A stretch of DNA of 56,413 nt from a virus (taxonomy: Duplodnaviria > Caudoviricetes), in IMG/VR virus record IMGVR_UViG_3300025732_000048, positions 1 through 56,413 of that record. The stretch is one strand, 5' to 3'. Below, piece after piece: positions 16,701 to 27,400 of this stretch (position 1 is its first letter; each line of letters opens with the position of its first letter). A program made the translations under genes and the position numbers. The notes beneath the pieces were generated by a model that saw only the letters and a program-made list of their open reading frames with translations, did not search any database and had not been told where the DNA came from.

Positions 16701-19700
16701 CATCCAAAACAACCAGAACATTTAATGTTCAACGACTTGGCGTTGTTGGTATTTCTAGTGATGCAAAAGCAAGATTGATTGTTAACAATACTCTCCCACA
16801 AACATTATACTACAATTTAGTTCCGGTTTATGATAACATTTTACCTCTAGAAAAAGGAGAGGTATCTTCCGATAACTCTATTATTTCATATAATGAAATT
16901 CAAATTGAAGATAGTGGTTATAATGGATTAAAGCAAATATCTGTTCCATCAAGCACATCGTTTACTTATTTTCTAGCAGAAGAACCAGAATCTATTTCAT
17001 ATTCCCCAAATACGTCTATCTTAAATTATTATACTGATGCGACTAATGCTTATGGTCCAATCAAAGATGTGAAAATACTCAATAAAGGTCTTAACTATTA
17101 CTCTCTCCCAGGTATTACTAGCGTAAGATCAAATAGTGGAAGTGGAGCAGTTCTTGAAGCTTACAGTAAGACTATAGGTAGAGTAAGAAAGACAAAAATA
17201 TTGGATGTTGGTTTTGATTATCCTTCAGATTATACACTAAGACCAAAGGTTTCTCTACCAAAAGTAGTAAAAATTGATAGTTTAACATCTTTTGAATCAA
17301 TAGGCGTTTCTTCCGTTGGTCGAGGATATGTAAATCCACCAAAATTAATAGTTTTTGACGGTAAAACCGGAAATCGTATTCCTGAAGTTGATTTAATGTA
17401 TGAATTTGGGAGAAATGATGTAATTATTAGAAATAATACTTTTGGTATGTACAATACCACCCCAGTTATACTCCCAACAGATAATTCAAATGGGGTTGGA
17501 ATTAGAACAATATCGTATAACAATTCAACTAAAAAGGTAACAGTTGGTTTATCAACTGGATTCAGCACATCAGAATCTTTCCCATTCCAAGTGAATGATA
17601 AGGTTCTGATTGAAAATATCAGTGTCGGAGTAGGTTCAACTGGCAAAGGATTTAACTCTGAAAAGTATAATTATCAACTCTTTACACTCACTGATGTTGA
17701 CCCAAATATTGGAGGTATCGGATCTGTTTCATACAGTCTTGATGGATATTTGAATGGTTCAGAATTCCCAGGAACTTTTGACTCCAGAAATTCTGTTGGT
17801 AGAATAATTCCGGAGAAATTTTTCCCACAGTTTATATCAACTCTAACAAAAAATGATTATAGAGTTGGTGAGGTTGTAAAATCTGGAAACTCGACTGGCG
17901 TTGTTGAAGACTGGGATCCAATAACAAATTATCTTAAGATAGTAACTAAAGATAATTTTCAGATTGGGGATAAGATTGAAGGACTTTCTTCAAAAACTCA
18001 AGGATTTGCTTCTTCAGTAACTGAATTTGATTATTATGCCGTTCTTGACTCAACTTCAAAGTTTGAAAATGGTTGGGAGACGAGTGCTGGATTCTTAAAT
18101 AATGAAGAGCAGAGAATACAAGATAACTTCTACTATCAAAACTTCTCATATTCTATAAAATCAAAGATACCTTTTGATACTTGGAATGATGTAGTCAGTA
18201 CGTTGAACCATACTGTAGGATTTAAAAAATTCTCAGATTTACAATTAGAATCAAAAGTATCCCCAGAAAATAATACTTCTCTAACTGTTGGAGTTTCTAC
18301 TCAAACAACTGGTGTTGATGTTATTGTTGATATGATTGGATATGCTGATTTGAATTGTTTCTATGATTTTGATTTAGCAAAAGAAAATTCTTTAACAATA
18401 GAATCAAGAGTTGTTTCCAACCAAATATCGTTTGATAATAGAATTCTAACTGATTACTTTGAATCTTTTGGAAATAGAGTTCTGTCCATTGATGACATTA
18501 GTTCAGAATTCAATAGCAATCCAAGACCAACAAATTATAGTGAAGTAAATAGATTTGATTTGAGAGAAGTACAAGCTCAAAAATATATAACTTACATTAG
18601 AGATAAGAGATATACTGGACAAAGACAAATATTATTAGTTTCACTGATACATGATGGACTAAACGGTTATCTAAATCAATATGGAAGAGTAGAAACTTCT
18701 TATGATTTGGGTTCTTTTGACTTTGCTATTAGTGGTTCTGATGGAATTTTAAACTATTACCCAACAAAATTCACAATTAATGATTATGATGTAGTAACTC
18801 TTTCATATAATCTCAAAGATGATTTGTCTGGTATTGGATCTACAAGTATTGGTTCAATAGTTGAAATAAACACTTCAAACTCTAATGTATCAGCAGCTTC
18901 TACAGTTAACATAGTTAGCTTTGGTACAACTTATACATCAGCAAAGATTCTTGTAGAAATCACGGGTGGAGATGGAGAATATGAATTTGATGAATTAAAC
19001 TTAGTTCATGATGGAACAAATGTTGAGTTTCTTGAGTATGGTCAACTTACAACCGGTAATTTATTATCTCCACTATCTTCCAGTGGATATGGAACATATC
19101 ATCCATATATTTCAGGTTCTCAGGTAAAAGTTGACTTTATATCAAATGCTGGTATAGGAACAACGACTTATATTAACACAATAAGCGTTGGTATTGCTGA
19201 TACATCAAGTGTTGGCATTGGTACACTTGAAATGAAGCACGCTCTACTGAAAGCCACTACAACTTCTATAGCTTCTTCAACTTCACCAAGTTCTTCCGTA
19301 ATTTTAGATTACTCCGGAGAATATAGTGCTGCTTATTGTGTTGTTCAAGTAACTGATATTACGAATAATAGATATCAAATGTCTGAAATCGTAATGATTG
19401 ATGATGATGTTTATGCTGACCCATACATTACCGAGTTCGCAAACCTGGAAACCTATGCTTCACTAGGAACCATAGGTGGATCGGTAACTGGAATTGGTGA
19501 AACAACTCAATTAACCTTTACTCCACTTCCAAATATAGAAACTCAAGTAAAAGTTTATGCTAATATTCTCAGAATACAAGATGATTCTAGAGATGTTGTT
19601 GACTTCAATAATGGAACAATTGAAACAGTTTATGGAAATTATACGGGAACAGAAAGTGACTTGAAGAGAGCATTTAATTTAACCCATAAAGGTGCTCAGA

Positions 19701-22700
19701 TTTTTGAAAGATATTTTGATGCTTCAAGTTCTTCTGTTATTAATGTTTCTGATGACACTATTGAAATGCCAGGACATTTCTATGTAACAGGAGAAAAAGT
19801 ATCTTATACAAATGCTGGAGCAGGAACGACAACATCTGTAGGAATTGCTACCACTACTATCAGTGGATTAGGTTCTACAGATAAATTACCATCTACACTT
19901 TACATTGTAAAAGTAAATGATAATAAGGTAAAGGTATCTGCTTCTGCTACAGACGCCCTATTGTCGATTCCAAATACTTTAGATTTAACATCGGTCGGAA
20001 TAGGTTCTACACATAAATTTACTGCCCATAATCAAAATGCCAAGGTTCTTATTTCTTTAGACAATATTATACAATCACCTGTTGTTGCCACTTCAGTTGT
20101 GTCATCTCTCTCAACTAACACATATACAACAGACGATATTCTGTACTTCACCGGAATTACTTCATTCTTTGGTGGAGATTTGATAAGAATTGAAGATGAA
20201 ATTATGAAGATTGAAGCAGTTGGAGTAGGACTTACAAATGCTGTAAGAGTAAGAAGACCTTGGTTGGGAACTGTTACTGCGGGATATTCAACTGGGACAA
20301 CAATTACAAAAGTGAACGGAACTTATAATATTGTAGATAATACTCTTAACTTTGTTGAAGCTCCTTACGGTAATGTTCCAATTGGAAGCATAACAAATCC
20401 ACCAGATGAAAGAGATTGGGAGGGAATTTCTACAAGTTCATATTTCCACGGAAGATCTTTCATGAGATCTGGAATTGTAAATACTGGAAATGAGTCTTAC
20501 TATAAGAACTATGTATTTGATGATATATCATCAAACTTCAATGGTGTAGATAGAACATTTACTCTTCAATCTTCGGGAGCAAATGTTACAGGAATTTCAA
20601 ATGAAAACGCTATAGTTCTTATTAATGATGTCTTCCAAGGTCCCGGAACAGATGAAAATTATACATTATCAGAATCAACTGGGATCACTTCAATAACATT
20701 TACAGGAACAGCAACTTCAGTATCTTATGATATAAACTCCTCAAACTTACCAATCGGTGGAATAATAATTTCAGTTGGTTCAACTGAAGGATTTGGTTAT
20801 CAGCCACTTGTTGCTGCTGGAGGAACTGCAACTGTCTCTGTTGGTGGAACTATTTCGGCAATCAGTATTGGAAATAGTGGTTCTGGGTATAGATCTGGCA
20901 TCCAGACAGTTAGAGTTGGTGTTCAAACTTCAGATTCTAATGGATTCTATATTGAATTTATTGGAACTGCTGCTGTAAGTGGTGGAAGTGTTGTTAGTAT
21001 CGCTATTACCAATCCTGGAGTTGGATATACATCAACAAATCCACCAGAAGTAATTATTGATTCTCCACTATCATATTCTGATATTCCTCTAATTTACAGC
21101 TCCACAACAACCGCAGGTTTAGGTACAGCAGCAACGATTGACATCGTTGTTGGTCAAGGATCTAGTGTTATTGATTTTGAAATTAAAAATACTGGATATG
21201 GATATAGAGAAAATGAAATACTGACGGTTCCTGTTGGTGGACTAACTGGTATTCCAACCACATCATCTTTCAACGAATTCCAGATTACAATTCAAAATAT
21301 ATTCTCGGATAAATTTACAGGATGGTCTCTGGGAGAGCTCCAAGCACTTGATAATATTTCCAATCTTTTTGATGGAGAAACTACAACCTTCCCACTTACG
21401 GTAAATGGCGACTTAATCTCAATTAAGGCTGCTAAAGGTTCTAATATTAATGTTCAAGACCTTCTGCTCGTATTTGTCAATGACATCTTACAAGTTCCTG
21501 GTCAAGGGTATGTATTTAATGGCGGAAGCGTCATAACATTTACCGAAGCTCCAAAAGGAATAAGTTTAGGAATTCCCGGAACAAATGATACTTGTAAGAT
21601 TCTCTTCTATAGAGGTAGTGGTTCTGTTGATGTTATTGAAAGAAACATCCTTGAAACAGTTAAGATTGGAGATCAATTAGTTTTTGGATATGATTCTTCA
21701 ATTGGACAATCACCAACCCTCCAAGAGGAAGACAGAACTGTAACTCTTATTCGTGGTACTGATTTAGTTAATACCAATCCATACTTTGGACCAGGAAACA
21801 CTAGTGACGAATCACTATCAAGAACAATTACTTGGTGTCGCCAAACTGAGGATAAGATTATTGATGAGCAAGAAATTGCTAAAGACAGAATGTTATACGA
21901 ACCAATCATTACACCATCTGCTTACATAATCAAATCTGTTGGAATTGGTTCAACCGTAATTTATGTTGATAATCTGAGACCATTCTTCAATGCTCAAAAT
22001 GAGAGTGCGACAAGTCTAACATTCCAAAATAAGATAACACTTATTTCCCAAGATGAAAAAGTTGCCGCAGCTGCCACAGCAATAGTTTCTACTGCTGGCA
22101 CTATAACGTCTATCAGTATTTCTGATGGAGGAAGTGGTTACTTGTCTGCTCCAACAGTTACAATTGGAAGTACAGCACAATCTAATGGGATCGGGACACC
22201 AGCAACTGCTACCGCTTCAATAACATCGGGAATTGTCACTACAATTTCTCTAACAAATGCTGGAACTGGTTATACAGTATCAAATCCACCAGTTGTTCTG
22301 ATTTCTCCACCAACATCAATTGTAGAAACAAATAATGTTTCATCCTACTCTGGAGATTCTGGAATAATTGTTGGTTTTGGAACTACCACATCTGGTTCAG
22401 ATTATCAAATGATTTTTGATTTACATGTTCCTCAAAATTCTTTCTTGAGGGACACTGGTATTATGGGAGTTGGAGCTGCTGTTACTATAAGTGAAATTTC
22501 TACAGGAGACTACTTTGTAGTCTATGATTCCAATGTTGGAACATCATCAACTTCAATTTTATCAAAGGACATTGGCGGATCCACAATAGCGATTGGAACT
22601 AGTTTTATTGATAATGTTTATCAAGTGGCATCAGTTTCTAATGTTACATCTAATATAACCGGAATTGGAACAACTATTGTTTCTCGCGTTAATGTAACTG

Positions 22701-22900
22701 TAACTGGTATGGGAATAACTAATTCTGGAATCATTACAACATCAAATTATTTTGGAAATTATAGTTGGGGAAAAATACTTCTAACTTCCAGATCAGAGAG
22801 TAATGAATTTAATTTCTACGGAAATAACGGTGTTAGTGGAATTACTACTTCGGCAATAATCAATAGAAACCAATCATTGAAGTATAAAAATTATCTATAA
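10760..22900 (+). CDS. gp7: Giant baseplate wedge initiator (gp7-like), 4046 aa
   Basis: Between gp6 and gp8; IKDFYRSKGTDRSFEILFKALYG and RIQDNFYYQNFSYSIKS...LNHTVGFKKF core motifs; many GxGY beta repeats. Confidence 0.85.
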   Translation: MSEKRIQIKDVVKNQIPQYIKEDFPLVGEFLSQYYLAQEFQGAPIDLLQNIDKYVKVDSITELKNSTVLGSDISEFDENITISLLDSETGTKGFPEKYGLISIDNELIVYESKTDSAFINCYRGFSGIVAYKNTNVGIAATYKLKSSDELIFKESNAASHKEGTEIFNLSSLFLQEFLIKTKYQIAPGFENRSFVDKVNESLLLKQIKDFYRSKGTDRSFEILFKALYGEDVKIIRPKDLLFRPSDAQYKVTNDLVVELISGPIEEISNLTLFQNEYLDLTKSYGTVSEIETITSDDNRVFYKLKIDGGYNRDPAFDGAIYGKFSVHSKTRSIGKTLAGSTSIDVDSTVGFSTQGEVYVQFFDGTTGVVSYDSKTINQFLGCSNITSDILDNSIVGINTYAVATTASGEEIRVRINSILNSVNIDSPNYFYAKGDTATIPTFGFQGNTPLDNDWVFNTAATYNILSYEVVDSSDKTYSVTFNNRHSFQIGDLLEIIENEVATRQANVIDILSEKTIVINGQGDLNGDALKVRRKVLKVDSYNYTNINLLSANIQNVYRDGEKLLVASPSIPSYVNQQLKVTNRSVTFSGTYQGETIQLTSLEDHGFYTGDSVYYTPEESTVTSVDADGNSSTSTVVASSLFDEGEGIYFIKRIDANNVKFAKSKSDILNEKFVSVVNQTTVTNNRIEPYEFYNKSLNSQKLLREVSASLPTKTAVKTLPGFTGILVNGVEILNYKSKDKIFYGPIEGIEVLSGGNNYDIINPPQIVISDSIGSGATGNCSVSGSLVEVRIIDPGFDYLDTPVVKITGGNGTGAKARANMKLVSHEVLFNTEEKSAQVSVGATLSVIGFSTSHKFRNAESVVYKTFGQKSVSGLTTNSTYYVSVASSTSVKLHKTFGDAVSGINTITLSDYGVGNHSLESVNKKSILASISVESSGIGYQNKKRQVSLIGINTSTDSIHIANHDFSSGEVVKYSTEGTVIGGLTNNTNYYITKIDDDSFRLSEVGSGEYSEDFYYRTNQYINITSSNSDQHTFNYPDISVSLIGNVGISSEYKAQIQPIFRGSIQSVHVVSGGSSYGIEDIFGIEREPNISIVSGVNAEFQPIISNGKIVQVLVNNVGRNYTSSPDLVISGSGTGAVLTPIVVNNQIVEVRVIDGGGGYAQDSTLISSIHPGTGAEFKAKIKSWTVNLFQKYINKVTDDDGFLSLGTNPDYGLQYSHLYAPRKLREILFSREQGGGILYSNPDLRISNSVEIASTDHSPIIGWAYDGNPIYGPYGYSSKSGGVVSQMKSGYRLELNPNRPSVNQFPEGFFVEDYVHYASEDETILDENNGRFCITPEYPNGTYAYFTTINSFSVESSGPFTKYKKPVFPYLIGNAFKSKPNEFNFDRFSNQDIIDFNDTNWIRNTYPYNITEDESTYEYITIPNNLNQTIDVVGVSPGSVDSVGILTGGNNYRVNDSIDFNNLDINGNIRGYSASAIVSKVSGKQVSSVSVASSTLSNVEIYPIGNRGEYVFYSDVPHNFTNFDLVSISGLSTTSSLIEGNYIAGIETSKFALVGLGTTSIGISTVGITGIVTYISVSGSLGFLNIRENDILLLNDEKVKVLNIDSISSRLRILRQIDGTVGVSHTVTTVLYEKSRKLRINSGFKTDYTYSVNKQIYFSPGESVSIGTDSSLGAGSTVIFSNPGAGLTQVFIGNGLIYLPNHDLNTGDLLTYNTNDGSPITVYSTGIGATTLFDDSDVYVAKYDDNFIGISTVKVGLGSTGFFSGISSETSSITPLFFTGIGTGVYHSFKTNYSVITGTVSRNIVTVSTAQTHGLISGNFVDVDVNPSITTSVTVKYDDYNRKVLINPKSFAALDVDTTNNTITLSNHNFKTGDKVIHTSQSPSAGLTNEGIYYIIFVDKNNIKLSNTYYNSKKLIPDVISITSASTGTLSLVNPPIKVYRDSVVEFDLSDSSLSYEYQSIRYSAFRFEVYLDREFREIFDTSKTTRTFNVQRLGVVGISSDAKARLIVNNTLPQTLYYNLVPVYDNILPLEKGEVSSDNSIISYNEIQIEDSGYNGLKQISVPSSTSFTYFLAEEPESISYSPNTSILNYYTDATNAYGPIKDVKILNKGLNYYSLPGITSVRSNSGSGAVLEAYSKTIGRVRKTKILDVGFDYPSDYTLRPKVSLPKVVKIDSLTSFESIGVSSVGRGYVNPPKLIVFDGKTGNRIPEVDLMYEFGRNDVIIRNNTFGMYNTTPVILPTDNSNGVGIRTISYNNSTKKVTVGLSTGFSTSESFPFQVNDKVLIENISVGVGSTGKGFNSEKYNYQLFTLTDVDPNIGGIGSVSYSLDGYLNGSEFPGTFDSRNSVGRIIPEKFFPQFISTLTKNDYRVGEVVKSGNSTGVVEDWDPITNYLKIVTKDNFQIGDKIEGLSSKTQGFASSVTEFDYYAVLDSTSKFENGWETSAGFLNNEEQRIQDNFYYQNFSYSIKSKIPFDTWNDVVSTLNHTVGFKKFSDLQLESKVSPENNTSLTVGVSTQTTGVDVIVDMIGYADLNCFYDFDLAKENSLTIESRVVSNQISFDNRILTDYFESFGNRVLSIDDISSEFNSNPRPTNYSEVNRFDLREVQAQKYITYIRDKRYTGQRQILLVSLIHDGLNGYLNQYGRVETSYDLGSFDFAISGSDGILNYYPTKFTINDYDVVTLSYNLKDDLSGIGSTSIGSIVEINTSNSNVSAASTVNIVSFGTTYTSAKILVEITGGDGEYEFDELNLVHDGTNVEFLEYGQLTTGNLLSPLSSSGYGTYHPYISGSQVKVDFISNAGIGTTTYINTISVGIADTSSVGIGTLEMKHALLKATTTSIASSTSPSSSVILDYSGEYSAAYCVVQVTDITNNRYQMSEIVMIDDDVYADPYITEFANLETYASLGTIGGSVTGIGETTQLTFTPLPNIETQVKVYANILRIQDDSRDVVDFNNGTIETVYGNYTGTESDLKRAFNLTHKGAQIFERYFDASSSSVINVSDDTIEMPGHFYVTGEKVSYTNAGAGTTTSVGIATTTISGLGSTDKLPSTLYIVKVNDNKVKVSASATDALLSIPNTLDLTSVGIGSTHKFTAHNQNAKVLISLDNIIQSPVVATSVVSSLSTNTYTTDDILYFTGITSFFGGDLIRIEDEIMKIEAVGVGLTNAVRVRRPWLGTVTAGYSTGTTITKVNGTYNIVDNTLNFVEAPYGNVPIGSITNPPDERDWEGISTSSYFHGRSFMRSGIVNTGNESYYKNYVFDDISSNFNGVDRTFTLQSSGANVTGISNENAIVLINDVFQGPGTDENYTLSESTGITSITFTGTATSVSYDINSSNLPIGGIIISVGSTEGFGYQPLVAAGGTATVSVGGTISAISIGNSGSGYRSGIQTVRVGVQTSDSNGFYIEFIGTAAVSGGSVVSIAITNPGVGYTSTNPPEVIIDSPLSYSDIPLIYSSTTTAGLGTAATIDIVVGQGSSVIDFEIKNTGYGYRENEILTVPVGGLTGIPTTSSFNEFQITIQNIFSDKFTGWSLGELQALDNISNLFDGETTTFPLTVNGDLISIKAAKGSNINVQDLLLVFVNDILQVPGQGYVFNGGSVITFTEAPKGISLGIPGTNDTCKILFYRGSGSVDVIERNILETVKIGDQLVFGYDSSIGQSPTLQEEDRTVTLIRGTDLVNTNPYFGPGNTSDESLSRTITWCRQTEDKIIDEQEIAKDRMLYEPIITPSAYIIKSVGIGSTVIYVDNLRPFFNAQNESATSLTFQNKITLISQDEKVAAAATAIVSTAGTITSISISDGGSGYLSAPTVTIGSTAQSNGIGTPATATASITSGIVTTISLTNAGTGYTVSNPPVVLISPPTSIVETNNVSSYSGDSGIIVGFGTTTSGSDYQMIFDLHVPQNSFLRDTGIMGVGAAVTISEISTGDYFVVYDSNVGTSSTSILSKDIGGSTIAIGTSFIDNVYQVASVSNVTSNITGIGTTIVSRVNVTVTGMGITNSGIITTSNYFGNYSWGKILLTSRSESNEFNFYGNNGVSGITTSAIINRNQSLKYKNYL

Positions 22901-22903
22901 ATA
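22896..22903 (+). promoter_or_regulatory. Late promoter upstream of gp8
   Basis: TATAAATA. Confidence 0.75.
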
Positions 22904-22921
22904 GATAAAAAACGCCATCAA

Positions 22922-24469
22922 ATGTCCGCAATTATAACTGATCAGATTAGAATATTAAATGCGAAGAATTTTGTTGCTGGCGTCACTGCAGCATCAAATT
23001 CTTATTACTCATTTATAGGATTACCAAATCCAACAGATTATCAAACTGATTGGGATCAAAGTCCTCCTGCTCCAAAAGACAATTTTGACCAGGAGAATGA
23101 TTATTGGGATACTATGATTGCTTTGAAGAAAATTAATTCTTCAGATATTCGTCAAGTTGTTCCAAAAAGAGTTTGGACTTCTGGTGTTACTTATGACATG
23201 TACCGCCACGACTATAGCAGATCAAATGTAGCTAAGGTTTCTGGTGCCACTAACTTATACTCTGCTTTTTACTTTGTAATGAATAGTGAGTATAGAGTAT
23301 ATGTTTGTTTACAAAATGGAATTACTCCAGAAACGCCAAATGGAAAACCTTCATTAGATGAACCAACTTTTACTGATTTAGAGCCTAGAGCAGCGGGATC
23401 TAGTGGTGATGGATATGTTTGGAAATATTTGTATACGATTAGGCCATCTGATGTAATAAAATTTGAATCTTCAGATTTTATTCCGGTTCCACAAGACTGG
23501 GGAACATCAACAGAAAATGCTTCAGTAAGAGATAATGCGATTGATGGGTCTATAAAAATAGTTACTATAACAAACAGAGGAGTTGGTATAGGGACAGCAA
23601 ATACAACATACACAAGAGTTCCAATCAGAGGTGATGGAACTGGTGCGGAATGTACTATTGTTGTAAATAATGATCAACAGGTTCAATCAGTAACCGTTTC
23701 AAATCAAGGTTCTGGATATACTTATGGAAATGTTGATTTAGTGGCAGGTAATGTTCCAACAGGAACAACAAGACCAACATTCAATGTAATAACTTCACCA
23801 AAAGGTGGACATGGATATGATATTTACAGAGAACTTGGTGCATATAACGTTTTAATGTATTCAAGAATTGAGAATAATAACGAAAATCCAGATTTTATAA
23901 CGGGAAATCAAATTGCTAGAGTTGGTGTTGTAGAAAACCCAGAGGTTACCACAGGCACAATATTAACCTCAGATAGAGCAAGTGCTACAAGTGCTCTACG
24001 TTTAACTGGAGCTGGATATAGTTCAGTTACTTTTACCGCCGATTCTTTTATTACACAAACAGTTTCCACAGGAACAACTGCTATTGGTAGAGTAATTAGT
24101 TACAATCAAACAACGGGAGTTCTTAAGTATTGGCAAGATAGAACACTCGCTGGATTTAATACAGTTGGTACAGCACAAACAAATCCATCATATGGATTTG
24201 ACCTGACAGAGTTTACATCTTCCCCAGGAACTGGGGGTAGTTTATCTATCGTAGGAGGATCGCTAACTCTTTCCATTGACAACACTTATTCCGGCATATC
24301 TACCGTAATAAATAATAGGACCTACTACCTTGGGCAGACTTTTACTAATGGAGTCTCAGATCCAGAAGTAAAAAGACATTCAGGAAACATTATTTACGTT
24401 GACAACAGACCAGCAATTACTAGGTCATCAAATCAAAAAGAAGATATTAAAGTCATTTTGCAGTTCTAA
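22922..24469 (+). CDS. gp8: Baseplate wedge subunit gp8
   Basis: MSAIITDQIR; VYVCLQNG; DGYVWKYLY; SGNIIYVDNRPAITRSSNQKEDIKVILQF. Confidence 0.93.
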   Translation: MSAIITDQIRILNAKNFVAGVTAASNSYYSFIGLPNPTDYQTDWDQSPPAPKDNFDQENDYWDTMIALKKINSSDIRQVVPKRVWTSGVTYDMYRHDYSRSNVAKVSGATNLYSAFYFVMNSEYRVYVCLQNGITPETPNGKPSLDEPTFTDLEPRAAGSSGDGYVWKYLYTIRPSDVIKFESSDFIPVPQDWGTSTENASVRDNAIDGSIKIVTITNRGVGIGTANTTYTRVPIRGDGTGAECTIVVNNDQQVQSVTVSNQGSGYTYGNVDLVAGNVPTGTTRPTFNVITSPKGGHGYDIYRELGAYNVLMYSRIENNNENPDFITGNQIARVGVVENPEVTTGTILTSDRASATSALRLTGAGYSSVTFTADSFITQTVSTGTTAIGRVISYNQTTGVLKYWQDRTLAGFNTVGTAQTNPSYGFDLTEFTSSPGTGGSLSIVGGSLTLSIDNTYSGISTVINNRTYYLGQTFTNGVSDPEVKRHSGNIIYVDNRPAITRSSNQKEDIKVILQF

Positions 24470-24475
24470 AGAATT

Positions 24476-27400
24476 ATGTCTCAACAAACAAACCTCAATG
24501 TAGCACCGTATTTTGATGACTTTAATCCAAATAATGACTATCATCGTGTACTCTTTAAACCAGGATATCCTGTTCAGGCAAGAGAATTAACAACTTTACA
24601 GTCTATTCTCCAAAATCAAATTGAAAGATTTGGTCAGCATTTTTTCAAAGAGGGTGCTAAAGTAATACCAGGAAATACTGGATATAATGCGTTATATTAT
24701 GCTATTCAACTTCAAAATAATTATCTTGGAGTTCCAGTAGAAGCATATATTGAACAATTAGTTGGGGCAAAAATAACAGGTCAAACATCTGGCGTAACTG
24801 CTGTTGTAGACAAAGTTTTATTTTCACAAGATTCTGAAAGAGGTAATTTAACACTATACATAAACTACTTGAGTTCAAATACCCAAAATAATTCAACTCA
24901 ACAGTTTTCTGATGGTGAACTATTAACATCAAATATAACTATTACTTCAGGATTACTTGGAAATACCACAATTGAATCTGGATCTCCATTTGCGGTTACT
25001 TTAGCAAATAATGCAGCTGCTGTGGGTTCTTCATTTAATATTTCTGAGGGGGTTTACTTTATTAGAGGTAATTTTGTAAATGTAAATACAGAAACCTTAA
25101 TTCTCGATCAATATTCAAACACTCCAAATTATAGAATCGGTCTGTATATCAATGAAGAGATAATTACATCAGATATTGACGAAACGCTTACAGATAATTC
25201 TCAGGGAGAAAATAATTATGCAGCACCTGGCGCAGATAGATTAAAGATATCCACATTTCTATTTAAAAAAAGTTTAACCGACTTTGATGACAATAACTTT
25301 ATTGAGTTAGCAACAATTTCTGATGGGAGTATTCGCACAAAAACTATCCCAAGTAATTATAATCTAATTACAGACGAACTGGCAAGAAGAACATATGCCG
25401 AATCTGGAGATTATGTTGTATCTTCATTTGATATTTCGGTAAAAGATTCTTTAAACAATAATAAGGGAAATAGAGGAATATTTAATAGAGGGCAATTTAC
25501 ATATGGTGGTTCTACTCCAACGGATAATTTAGCATTATATCAAGTTTCTCCAGGAAAAGCTTTTGTTAGAGGATATGAAGTAGATTTAATTTCTACGACA
25601 TTTTTAGATGTCCCAAAGCCAAGAACAGTAAAAACTTTAACCAATCAATCCGTAGTTTATAATACTGGACCAACTCTAAAACTCAATAGAGTCTTAGGTG
25701 CTCCTCAAATTGGACTAGGAAATACTTATGTTGTCAGTTTGAGAAATCAAAGAGTTGGTTCTTCAGGAACAACCGCTTCCGGAACGGAAATTGGTGTTGC
25801 TAGAGCTTATGATTTTAAACTAGAATCTGGTTCATATGAAGTAACAAATAAAAATTTAAATGAATGGCATGTATCTTTATTTGATATTCAAACATTTACA
25901 AATATCCATTTAAATAATCCAGTAACTTTATCGGTTCCAACTTATATTAAAGGAAATAATAGTGGAGCCAGTGGATTCCTAAGAAATAGTATAACCGATT
26001 CAAGGTCTTTAACAATTTATGATGTAAAGGGGACTTTTATTCCAAATGAATCACTGTCTTTTGATGGCATAGAATCGGGAGTAATTGGTGTAGCAGTAAC
26101 TGCACATGGAATTTCTGATGTAAAATCTGTTTATGGAAAAGTTGGAAGTGCTTCCACCTTTAATGCTGATGTTATTCAATCTACAAGTTTCAATGTTGGA
26201 ATTGCTACAGTTGGAGTTGAAAAATATTTCATTAATGAAGAATTATTCAGAACAACACTATCATCCACTGTTGGTGTAGGATCTACTGTAATTTATCTGG
26301 ATACAAATCAATTCAGTCTCAATGGAATTGACAATATTTCAATTTCAATAGGAAATTCAATTACAGCAGGAACAGGAACTGTAACAAACGCTCCTATAGT
26401 TTCTGTCGGCAATACTTTTATCAGAATTTCTCAATCACAAGCTGATGGTGTAGGAACTTCTCTTGAAACCGAATTAACAACAACTGTTGGATTTGGTTCT
26501 GACATTATTTTTATTGATGCTTCCACAGAGGCAATTACCATAGGAAGTAGTATTACAGTTGGAACAGCTTTAACTAATGCACCAATTGTTGCTGTTGGTG
26601 ATACATTTGTCCGAATAAGTGCTGGAAGTACTTCAAGTCAGCCATTAGTAACATCTATATCTTCTAATGTTGGTGTTGGTTCAACTTCAATTTTTGTCGG
26701 AATTGTAACTGGAGTTGTTGCTGGAGTAAGTTCTGTTTCTGTAGGCACTGCTCTCACAAATGTTCGTATTGTTTCAATAGGAGACACTTTTGTAAATATA
26801 GGGACGGGAAATACTGCAGGAGTTTTAATATCAACTGGAACAGCGGTTACATTTACCAATGTTTCGTCCATGATAACTGGAACTGCGGTAACATTTACCA
26901 GAGTTTCACGATTGGTGATTGGTGATGAAGTAATTATCTCAAATCCAATATTTACTAGCACCGTAAAATCTCCAAATCCATCATTCCCAGGTTCCAATAG
27001 AATATTTAAGAATAATCTGATAACATACACAGATACGACTCTACCAGATCCAGTTGTGGCAAGAGTTGTTAGTGTAGGAACAACTTCTATTGAGATTCAA
27101 GAGGTTCAGACAATAAGTGGAATTACTTCTTCACTTTTACCATCTTCTTCTATTTTAGATGTTACAGATTTTAAGGTTATTAGTACTGCTTTAGAATCTT
27201 CAGATGATAATACTTTATACACAAAACTTCCAAAAAATAACATTTCCTCTGTAGATCTTTCAGCAGGATCTTTAACCATAAGGAAATCTTTTACTGTCAA
27301 TATTTCTGGTAATCAGTTATCGGCAAATGTAGTTGCTGGTGATAATGAAACTTTTGCTGCTTTTGATGTTGAAAGATATTCATTGATTAGGTCTGATGGA

